A stretch of 64,000 nucleotides of DNA from Bacteroidales bacterium (GTDB taxonomy: Bacteria > Bacteroidota > Bacteroidia > Bacteroidales > ML635J-15), in contig DAOQYW010000001.1 of assembly GCA_035343375.1 (NCBI GenBank), positions 28,695-92,694 on the forward strand, read 5' to 3'. Below, piece after piece: positions 50,991-58,997 of the stretch. The notes under the pieces were generated by a model. It saw only the letters and a program-made list of their open reading frames with translations. It ran no database searches and was not told the origin of the DNA. A program made the position numbers and the translations under genes. Every line of letters begins with the position of its first letter. Within the stretch, counting starts at the first letter, position 1.

Positions 50991-53840
50991 ATGAGCGAAG
51001 AAATTAAAAATACAAACGGCGACGAATTTCAGCCGGTCGAAATACACGAAACAGAAGAGCCAAAAATCTCTCGTTTAAAAGGCATGTTTCAGGACTGGTT
51101 TCTGGATTATTCATCGTACGTAATCCTTGAACGTGCAGTACCTCATGTATATGATGGACTTAAACCTGTTCACAGGCGCATTTTGCATTCCATGAAACAG
51201 TTAGATGACGGTCGCTACAACAAAGTCGCAAATATTGTAGGCCACACCATGCAATATCACCCTCATGGCGATACTTCTATCGGAGACGCATTGGTTCAAC
51301 TGGGACAAAAAGACCTGTTAGTTGACACACAGGGAAACTGGGGAAATATTTTAACCGGTGATTCTGCTGCTGCTTCAAGATATATCGAGGCAAGATTGTC
51401 GAAATTTGCTCTTGAGGTCGTTTTTAATCCTAAAACAACTTTCTGGAAGCCCTCGTATGATGGCCGTAACAAAGAACCGATAACCTTACCTGTTAAATTT
51501 CCGCTTTTACTGGCCATGGGTGTCGAAGGTATTGCTGTGGGACTTGCTTCTAAAATACTTCCTCACAATTTCAACGAAATTATTGACGCTTGTATTGCTA
51601 CTTTAGAAGACAAACCGTTTGAGCTTCTACCGGATTTTCCAACAGGAGGATTAGCTGATTTTAGTAAATATAACGATGGCCTAAGAGGTGGTCGAGCAAG
51701 AGTGCGCACCCGCATCGAAAAATTGGATAAGAAAACTCTAGTCATAAAAGACATTACTTTCGGCGAGACTACATCATCAATCATTGATTCTATTATTGCC
51801 GCAAATGACAAAAAGAAAATCCAAATAAAAAAAATTGATGATAACACATCTGATAGTGTCGAAATAATTATCCAACTTCCTCCCGGTGTATCAACAGATA
51901 AAACTATTGATGCCTTGTATGCTTTTACCAAATGTGAAGTCTCAATACCCACTTATGCCTGTGTTATTGAAGAAGACAAGCCTCGTTTTTTGGGAGTTAC
52001 GGAAATTTTACAACTGTCAGTAACTAATACAGTTGAGTTATTAAGACAAGAACTATTAATCCAAAAATCTGAGCTTGAAGAGGAATGGCATAATTTATCT
52101 CTGGAGAAATGGTTTATCGAAAAGAGGATTTACAAAGAAAAACAATACGAAAATTCTAAGTCAACAGATGAGGCTATTGAATTTATTAATTCCAAAGCCA
52201 TAGAGCACAAGCTGAAGCTTGTACGCGAAATTACCCGTGATGATCTTTTAAAACTTCTTGAAATAAAAATGAAACGTATTCTTCGTTTCAATGTTGAAAA
52301 AGCCGAAGAAGATCTTTTATCAATACTGGATGAGATTAAAAAAGTACAGGACAATCTTGATCATCTTATTGATTATGCCATAAAGTATTACAAACATATA
52401 AAGGATAAATATGGCAAAGGACGTGAACGAAAAACTGAAATCAGGAACTTCGACACAATTGACACTGCACAGGTTGCCGTTGCCAACGAGAAACTATATG
52501 TAAATTACAAAGAAGGTTTTGCCGGTTATGGGCTTAAAAAAGATGAATATGTTTGTGAATGTTCTGATATTGATGACATTATAGTTTTCAGAAAAGACGG
52601 TAAATTTATTATTGCAAAAGTTTCGGACAAGGCGTTTTTCGGTAAAGATATTCTTTATGTCAATGTCTTTAAGAGAAACGACAAACGAACCATTTACAAT
52701 GTTGCCTATCGTGACGGAAGGACAAGTGTTTCTTATATTAAACGCTTTGCCGTTACAGGGATAAACCGCGACAAAGAATATGACCTGACAAAAGGGGCTG
52801 ATGGTTCCCGCATTTTGTATTTTACCGCCAACCCTAACGGAGAAGCAGAAATAATTAAAGTGTATCTTAAACCAAAACCAAAACTTCGTAAGTTGGTTTT
52901 TGAAACAGACTTTAAAGATGTTGCTATAAAAGGACGTGATGCTCAGGGAAATATATTAACAAAAAATGACATACATAAAATTACTCTGAAAGAAGAGGGT
53001 GTTTCAACACTCGGCGGTCGTAAAATCTGGTTTGACGAAGAAGTTTTTAGATTAAATGCTGATGGCCGCGGAAAATATATCGGTGAATTTGCGGGTGAAG
53101 ATAAAATTGCTGTTATTACCCGAAATGGCGTATGTCGTTTAACCAATTTTGACTTATCCAACCACTACGAAGATAACATTGTCATTATTGAAAAATACGA
53201 ACCTCAGTTGATTTACTCTGCAATACATTTTGATGCAGAACTTGGATTTTTCTATCTTAAAAGGTTTGCTATTGAAGAATCAGGAAAAGAACAGAGTTTT
53301 ATTTCAGAAACTCCGGGATCGTATCTTCTTGACATAACAAATGAGGAGTTCCCACAAATAAAAATCTTATTTGGCGGTAAACACAAAACCAGAGAACCCG
53401 AATTTATTGACGGCGAAGAATTTATTGCTGCCAAAGGATTGAAAGCCAGAGGAAAAAGACTTACTACTTTCGAAATAAGTGAAATTTCTTTTGACGAACC
53501 ACTACAAAAGGAAAGCAAACGCAACTTTGACTTAAGCAAATCCGAAAGTGAAAATGATCAGGAATCAGATTCTGACAATGAGAATATAATTGACAATATT
53601 GAATTTGAAATCATTGAACCTCAAAACAGTGACGATATCGAACTTGAAATTATTGAAACTGTTGAGGAAGATGAGCTCCCTGAAAATATTGAAGTTAAGA
53701 AAACTAAACCAAAGAAAAAGATAGCTGAAAACAAACCAAAAGAAGAAAACACAAGTACGGAAGATGAGAAATCAACCAAAAAAAAGGATGATAAAAAGCC
53801 CCCTGCCGATGGTGGTATCCAGATGACTTTGGGATTTTGA
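50991..53840 (+). CDS. parC: Type IIA topoisomerase A subunit (topoisomerase IV ParC-type) with long charged C-terminal tail
   Basis: DGLKPVHRRIL, AASRYIEARL (catalytic Tyr context), a beta-pinwheel region, then a ~110-aa acidic then lysine-rich tail. Confidence 0.85.
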   Translation: MSEEIKNTNGDEFQPVEIHETEEPKISRLKGMFQDWFLDYSSYVILERAVPHVYDGLKPVHRRILHSMKQLDDGRYNKVANIVGHTMQYHPHGDTSIGDALVQLGQKDLLVDTQGNWGNILTGDSAAASRYIEARLSKFALEVVFNPKTTFWKPSYDGRNKEPITLPVKFPLLLAMGVEGIAVGLASKILPHNFNEIIDACIATLEDKPFELLPDFPTGGLADFSKYNDGLRGGRARVRTRIEKLDKKTLVIKDITFGETTSSIIDSIIAANDKKKIQIKKIDDNTSDSVEIIIQLPPGVSTDKTIDALYAFTKCEVSIPTYACVIEEDKPRFLGVTEILQLSVTNTVELLRQELLIQKSELEEEWHNLSLEKWFIEKRIYKEKQYENSKSTDEAIEFINSKAIEHKLKLVREITRDDLLKLLEIKMKRILRFNVEKAEEDLLSILDEIKKVQDNLDHLIDYAIKYYKHIKDKYGKGRERKTEIRNFDTIDTAQVAVANEKLYVNYKEGFAGYGLKKDEYVCECSDIDDIIVFRKDGKFIIAKVSDKAFFGKDILYVNVFKRNDKRTIYNVAYRDGRTSVSYIKRFAVTGINRDKEYDLTKGADGSRILYFTANPNGEAEIIKVYLKPKPKLRKLVFETDFKDVAIKGRDAQGNILTKNDIHKITLKEEGVSTLGGRKIWFDEEVFRLNADGRGKYIGEFAGEDKIAVITRNGVCRLTNFDLSNHYEDNIVIIEKYEPQLIYSAIHFDAELGFFYLKRFAIEESGKEQSFISETPGSYLLDITNEEFPQIKILFGGKHKTREPEFIDGEEFIAAKGLKARGKRLTTFEISEISFDEPLQKESKRNFDLSKSESENDQESDSDNENIIDNIEFEIIEPQNSDDIELEIIETVEEDELPENIEVKKTKPKKKIAENKPKEENTSTEDEKSTKKKDDKKPPADGGIQMTLGF

Positions 53841-53884
53841 TATTCAAAACTGGTTTGTGCCCCTATTAAACATAACAATTATTC

Positions 53885-54391
53885 ATGAAAATTTATTTAA
53901 TAGGATTTATGGGATGCGGGAAATCAGTCTTGGGAAAAAGGCTTGCATCAAAATTGAACATGGAATTCTACGATTTGGACCTTAAAATTGAAGAAAAATA
54001 TAAAATGACTGTTCCCAGCATTTTTTCACGCTTTGATGAGAAGGTTTTTCGAAAAATTGAATCTGAAATGCTTCAAAATTTTTCTTCATCTGATGGTGAT
54101 TTTGTAATGTCGTGTGGAGGGGGAACACCATGTTTTAATGATAATATGACAATTATAAATTCTTCAGGGGTAAGCGTTTATATTAAGTTAAATGCTAAAA
54201 CGCTAACTGATAGGCTTTTAAAATCAAAGACTAATCGTCCGCTTATTAAAAATATACCGCCTGATCAGTTGTTACCAAGGATAAGCGAATTGTTAGAAAA
54301 ACGAGAAGTCTTTTACAATCAGGCGAAAATCGTTATTGATGGAATTAATTTAAAACCTGAAGACATTTTAGTTAAGCTGTCAGAAACGTAA
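53885..54391 (+). CDS. aroK: Shikimate kinase
   Basis: 168 aa with Walker A GFMGCGKSVLGKRLA and a SCGGG segment. Typical size. Confidence 0.9.
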   Translation: MKIYLIGFMGCGKSVLGKRLASKLNMEFYDLDLKIEEKYKMTVPSIFSRFDEKVFRKIESEMLQNFSSSDGDFVMSCGGGTPCFNDNMTIINSSGVSVYIKLNAKTLTDRLLKSKTNRPLIKNIPPDQLLPRISELLEKREVFYNQAKIVIDGINLKPEDILVKLSET

Positions 54392-54421
54392 TACTAAAAA
54401 TACTCATAAACATAAGATTTG
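54243..54421. repeat. 179-bp direct repeat, copy 1 (aroK 3' end plus the last 9 codons and stop of the convergent gene)
   Basis: Manual alignment with 54867..55045 shows 5 substitutions, no indels, and a constant offset of 624. Confidence 0.9.
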
Positions 54422-54866
54422 GCAGTAAAGTATTTTCATCAAATCTTTTAGTGATTTTTATTCAAACTTTCTTTCTTGATTAAGAAAGTTACAAAGAAAT
54501 CAAGGCAAAACGATGCTGCCCAACGCTCCTCGAGACTAAACAAAAGAATTGTCAGTCGACCTTGGCCTAAAACAAACACCATACGCCTATTGCCTTTTGA
54601 AATTTGTTTTAGGGAACGATACCGATTGTAAATTTGTAATAGTCTAATCTTCACAATTTCATTTGCTCGATTATACTAAACAAATTTATCATCGGCACTT
54701 GTCATATCGGCTCGACACAATTCTATTTGTTTCGCTCTCACCACCAAAGCTTCCCGCCGTTTTGCCCGGCCTACGCGCGGAGCTCTGAACACTTTTTATT
54801 CGCTTTACTTTACTGATTTAGGAAAAGATAAAGCTCTAATTGAGACTAGCTTCGACAAATCTCACT
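54422..54866. other. 445-bp non-coding insert between the 179-bp repeats; candidate structured RNA or element remnant
   Basis: No convincing ORF. A locally GC-richer core lies at ~54692-54792 in an AT-rich genome. Perfect 11-bp stem CCTAAAACAAA (54566-54576) / TTTGTTTTAGG (54603-54613), 9-bp stem AACTTTCTT (54465-54473) / AAGAAAGTT (54482-54490), and further short GC stems. Confidence 0.5.
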
Positions 54867-55045
54867 TTATTAAAAATATACCGCCTGATCAGTTGTTACC
54901 AAGGATAAGTGAATTGTTAGAAAAACGAGAAATCTTTTACAATCAGGCGAAAATCGTTATTGATGGAATAAATTTAAAACCTGAAGACATTTTAGTTAAG
55001 CTGTCATAAACGTAATACTAAAAATATTCATAAACATAAGATTTG
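54867..55045. repeat. 179-bp direct repeat, copy 2 (dead aroK 3' fragment plus the functional 3' end of the 55018..55860 gene)
   Basis: See copy 1. In this copy the aroK-frame reads ...KLS* (the GAA to TAA change), and the minus-strand gene ends KSYVYEYF* inside it. Confidence 0.9.
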
Positions 55046-55860
55046 ATGGTATCGTCAGAATGTTCTTCGACAATATTTCCATCTTTATCCCTTATAGTTT
55101 TTGAAATACTCATTATTTTGCCAGCATTATTATAATGAGATTCAATAATTGTCCTGTTCTCGATATCATGTTCTAAAATTATTTTTGCCCCCGACATGTT
55201 TATCTGACTGATTGGCAATCCGTTATCGTCGTATTCGATTTTTACCCAATCAAGTTGTCTGCCCGAAGAGTTTAATGTTTGCACTGCCGTTATTTTATTA
55301 TTGTCATTATAAAAATAGTGATGAATCTTATCTGGTTTCTTTGAATTTGTATACTCTTCCTTCAGAATCAGAATACCATCTTCTTTATATGTATTTACAG
55401 TCATTTGTTTCAGCCTGTTATTTTCATCGAATTCTTTTCTGCAAACAATATCTCCTTGTTCATTAAACTCGGTCTCGGTAATTTCTTCAAGCTCATCATT
55501 TTCGTCAAAACAAGTAATTTTCAAAATCCGTTTCTCAGAATCTCTTTCATATTTTTTTATCGAAAACCAACCTCCTTCATAGTCTATTCTTTCTGAAATC
55601 AATTTTCCGTCATCGCCATATAAATAAGTTTTCTTCTCCCCATAGTTGTCCTGATAGTTAATAGTTTCATCAACAATCAATTTGTCGTTTTCGTTAAAAA
55701 CCAACTTATTTTCGAAAATTACGTTGTTATCTTCGTCATATTCTTTCGTAAAAATCAGATTTCCATTTGCATCAAATTCACGTATTAGGGAAAGAAATCC
55801 CGATGTGTCTTCAGAACTTTGTTTTATGAATGTTTTAATTAAACGGATTTTGTTTTCCAT
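55018..55860 (-). CDS. Hypothetical cytoplasmic protein built of YD-like beta-hairpin repeats
   Basis: 280 aa with no signal peptide. Recurrent (Y/F)D..G..I motifs (FDANGNLIFTKEYDEDNNVI, YGDDGKLISE, FNEQGDIVCRKEFDENNRL, YDDNGLPI, DKDGNIVEE). Confidence 0.55.
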   Translation of the reverse strand: MENKIRLIKTFIKQSSEDTSGFLSLIREFDANGNLIFTKEYDEDNNVIFENKLVFNENDKLIVDETINYQDNYGEKKTYLYGDDGKLISERIDYEGGWFSIKKYERDSEKRILKITCFDENDELEEITETEFNEQGDIVCRKEFDENNRLKQMTVNTYKEDGILILKEEYTNSKKPDKIHHYFYNDNNKITAVQTLNSSGRQLDWVKIEYDDNGLPISQINMSGAKIILEHDIENRTIIESHYNNAGKIMSISKTIRDKDGNIVEEHSDDTIKSYVYEYF

Positions 55861-55937
55861 ATAAAAGTTTTAATTATTATTGATTTAATTTTTTCATATA
55901 CATTTATAATTTGTAAAATTGTAAAAAATTTAAGAAT

Positions 55938-56870
55938 TTGACTCAAGAAAACGAAAATAAATTCTTCTTTTTAATTAATCCTAATGCCGGAAATGAGGGT
56001 GGAGAAAGAGAATGGCCTAAAATTAAGGAACTTTTAATTAAACACGGTTTACAATATGAATTTGCATTTACCGAAGCTGTCGGTCATGCTCAAAATATTG
56101 TACAGGAAAGAATTAAAGATGGTTTTAGAAGAATTGTTGTAGTTGGTGGTGACGGCACTTTAAACGAAACGGTAAATGGAATATTCAATCAATCTGCTGT
56201 GCCTTCTACAGATATTTTTATAGGATTGATGCAAATGGGCACCGGCAATGACTGGGCGAGATATTACAATTTTGATATTGATTATGAAAAAGCCATACAA
56301 AGGTTAATAAACGGAAACAGTTGCCGTCAGGATGTGGGGAAAATTAGCTATAATGCAAATGAAGGCATTAAATCGGGATATTTTATTAACATCGCCGGTC
56401 TTTGTTTTGACTCTGTTGTTGTAAAAGCAACTAATTTAATGAAAGAAAGAGGCAGAAGAACAAAATCTGCTTATCTAATCAGCTTGTTAAAAAGCCTTAT
56501 AAAATACAGACCATGGGAATTAAAGATCAACATTAACGATACCATTCTTGAAGGCAAATTCTTATCAATAAGTATCGGCAATGGTAAATTTTCGGGTGGT
56601 GGAATGATGCAAACGCCTTCTGCTGTTATAAACGATGGATATCTTGATGTTACTGTTTATGAAAATATGCCCAAACTTAAGATTGTACTTAACATTAAAA
56701 AACTATACAACGGTAAAATTTTAGAAATCAAAGGTGTAAAATCATTTCGCACCAAAAGTTTTAGAATAGAATCCAGACAAAATATATTTGCCGAAACAGA
56801 CGGAGAAATAATTGGTAGTACTCCGTATGAGATTGGTATTATTCCGGATTCGATAAATATTTATGTTTAA
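55938..56870 (+). CDS. Diacylglycerol kinase-family lipid kinase (YegS-like)
   Basis: TTG start. FLINPNAG, VVVGGDGTLNETVNG and GTGNDWAR motifs of the DAGK catalytic domain. Confidence 0.8.
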   Translation: MTQENENKFFFLINPNAGNEGGEREWPKIKELLIKHGLQYEFAFTEAVGHAQNIVQERIKDGFRRIVVVGGDGTLNETVNGIFNQSAVPSTDIFIGLMQMGTGNDWARYYNFDIDYEKAIQRLINGNSCRQDVGKISYNANEGIKSGYFINIAGLCFDSVVVKATNLMKERGRRTKSAYLISLLKSLIKYRPWELKININDTILEGKFLSISIGNGKFSGGGMMQTPSAVINDGYLDVTVYENMPKLKIVLNIKKLYNGKILEIKGVKSFRTKSFRIESRQNIFAETDGEIIGSTPYEIGIIPDSINIYV

Positions 56871-57083
56871 GGATAAAAATGTTAAAATAAAAATGGGCAA
56901 AAACCGTACATATAAATACGGTTAGCGTTCATTGAAAAAAACAGACAGCCAAAAGAAGAAAAAGAATTTTTGCTGCAGAAAGAAAAAAAAGAAAGCCTAC
57001 CCAGCACTTCATAAAAAAAGACTATTTGACTGTTAATAAGTTTTCAGTTTTTATTCATTGATGATTAAATAAAAACCCTATAT

Positions 57084-57100
57084 TTGACAATTATTGTCAA
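57084..57100. promoter_or_regulatory. Perfect 17-bp palindrome, candidate operator (C-box-like) of the HTH-MTase operon
   Basis: TTGACAAT-T-ATTGTCAA ends 15 nt before the TTG start of the HTH gene, and TAATATTTTC follows it. Binding is inferred only. Confidence 0.4.
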
Positions 57101-57115
57101 GTTAATATTTTCAAA

Positions 57116-57418
57116 TTGAAGACAACAGGAGAGATACTAAGAGAAAGACGAGAAAAGAAAGGAATGCTATTACGACACGTTTCTGCTCTGCTCGACATTG
57201 ACACAGCTATTCTTAGTAAAATTGAACGAGGCGAAAGAAAAGCGACAAGAGAACAAATTAATAGGTTAGCTGAAATTCTCGAAATAGACAAGGAATCCTT
57301 GATTATTCAATATCTGAGTGAGAAAATTCTTTATGAATTAAAAGATGAGGACTTAGGAATTCAAGCACTAAAAGTTGCTGAAAAAACAATTAAATACGGA
57401 GTGACCAAAAATAAATAA
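57116..57418 (+). CDS. XRE-family helix-turn-helix regulator (controller-protein-like)
   Basis: TTG start. ILRERREKKGMLLRHVSALLDIDTAILSKIERGERKATREQINRLAEIL is a canonical HTH_3 pattern. The stop lies 1 nt before the methyltransferase start. Confidence 0.8.
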   Translation: MKTTGEILRERREKKGMLLRHVSALLDIDTAILSKIERGERKATREQINRLAEILEIDKESLIIQYLSEKILYELKDEDLGIQALKVAEKTIKYGVTKNK

Positions 57419-57419
57419 A

Positions 57420-58997
57420 ATGGCAGAACTATTATCAATTAAAGAGGCAAGCCAATGGGCAAGTGAATATTTGGAAAAAAATGTTACAACATCTAACATT
57501 TCTTACCTAATACAATACGGGAGGATTAAAAAAATTGGAGATAATGGCTCAACTCAAGTAATCAAAGAAGAATTAGTCGAATACTATAAAGACCAAAAGA
57601 AATCACGACAAGAAGAATGGAAAGAACAATTAGGGAGTGATTTAAATTGGGCATTGTCTTTTGAACAGTACAAAGAAGCCGAAACAACAAAACATGTACA
57701 CAGACTTCATCCATACAAAGGTAAATTTATTCCGCAATTAGTTGAATATTTTTTAGACGGACATACAGATAAATTTAAAAAAGAAGTTTACTTTAAACCC
57801 GGTGACATCGTTTATGATCCATTTTCAGGTAGCGGCACAACAATGGTTCAAGCATGTGAGTTAGGAATTCATGCAATTGGCAATGATGTTTCTGCCTTCA
57901 ATGCAATGATTGGAAATTGTAAGGTTACACAATATAATCTTGTTGATGTTCAGACTGAAATAAACAGAATTTCTAAAGCATTAAAATTATTTTTAGCTGA
58001 TAATAAAACGCTTGAATTTGAAGACCAACTTTTAAAAGAGTTGTCTGTTTTCAACAATAAGTATTTCCCAGTTCCAGAGTACAAATACAAAGTAAAACGC
58101 AAGCGAATTGACGAAAAGACTTATGGCAAAGAAAAGGAAAAAGAGTTTTTGCCAACATTCAATCAGCTCGTTAAGGAGTATAAAATAAAATTGCGTCAAG
58201 ACAAAGAAGATTCATTCCTTGACAAATGGTATACACAACACATCCGAGATGAAATTCAATTTGTGTTTGATGAAATCAAAAAAATTAAAAATCCTGATAC
58301 CAAGAAAATCGCTAGCGTTATTTTAAGCCGTACAATTAGAAGCTGCAGAGCGACTACTCATGCAGATTTAGCGACACTACTCGAACCAATTACGGCAACA
58401 TATTATTGCAGTAAACATGGGAAAATGTGTAAGCCATTGTTTTCAATTCTTAAATGGTGGGAAACATATTCCAAAGACACTGTAAAAAGATTGGTACAAT
58501 ACGACAAACATAGAAAAGACACATTTCACACTTGCTTAACGGGAGACAGCAAAAACATTGACCTTGTAGAAGAAATAAGAAAAATCAACCCTAATTATGC
58601 AGAACTTGTTGAAAAACAAAAAATCAAAGGAATATTTTCATCGCCACCATACGTTGGTTTAATTGACTATCATGAGCAACACGCTTACGCTTATGATTTA
58701 TTTGGTTTTGAACGCAAAGACGAATTGGAAATCGGACCACTTTTCAAAGGGCAAGGCAGAGAAGCGAAACAAAGTTACATTGAAGGAATAAGTGCAGTAT
58801 TGAATAATGCAAAGAAATTTTTCGTTGATGACTACAATGTTTTCCTGGTCGCAAACGACAAATATAATATGTATCCATTAATTGCAGAAAATGCCGGAAT
58901 GCAAATAGTTAATAAATATAAACGACCAGTGTTAAATCGCACTGAAAAAGACAAAGGTGCATATTCAGAAATAATTTTTCATTTAAAATCAAAGTAA
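57420..58997 (+). CDS. DNA methyltransferase, exocyclic-amino type (N6-A or N4-C), motif I before motif IV (alpha-type order)
   Basis: HPYKGKFIPQL...GDIVYDPFSGSGTT (aa ~97-141), then about 265 aa of likely target-recognition region, then IFSSPPYVGLIDY (aa ~404-416). The N-terminal ~55 aa (AELLSIKEASQWA...) look like a small DNA-binding module. Confidence 0.85.
   Translation: MAELLSIKEASQWASEYLEKNVTTSNISYLIQYGRIKKIGDNGSTQVIKEELVEYYKDQKKSRQEEWKEQLGSDLNWALSFEQYKEAETTKHVHRLHPYKGKFIPQLVEYFLDGHTDKFKKEVYFKPGDIVYDPFSGSGTTMVQACELGIHAIGNDVSAFNAMIGNCKVTQYNLVDVQTEINRISKALKLFLADNKTLEFEDQLLKELSVFNNKYFPVPEYKYKVKRKRIDEKTYGKEKEKEFLPTFNQLVKEYKIKLRQDKEDSFLDKWYTQHIRDEIQFVFDEIKKIKNPDTKKIASVILSRTIRSCRATTHADLATLLEPITATYYCSKHGKMCKPLFSILKWWETYSKDTVKRLVQYDKHRKDTFHTCLTGDSKNIDLVEEIRKINPNYAELVEKQKIKGIFSSPPYVGLIDYHEQHAYAYDLFGFERKDELEIGPLFKGQGREAKQSYIEGISAVLNNAKKFFVDDYNVFLVANDKYNMYPLIAENAGMQIVNKYKRPVLNRTEKDKGAYSEIIFHLKSK

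Noticed and set aside
54448-54654. 68-aa minus-strand ORF inside the 445-bp insert
   Set aside because: It has no recognisable domain, an odd composition, and overlaps the strongest stem-loops. Non-coding is more likely, though I cannot exclude a small protein.
56899-56925. Hairpin AACCGTA-catataaa-TACGGTT after the lipid kinase gene as a terminator
   Set aside because: The stem is short and AT-rich with no following T-run, so the support is too weak to call.
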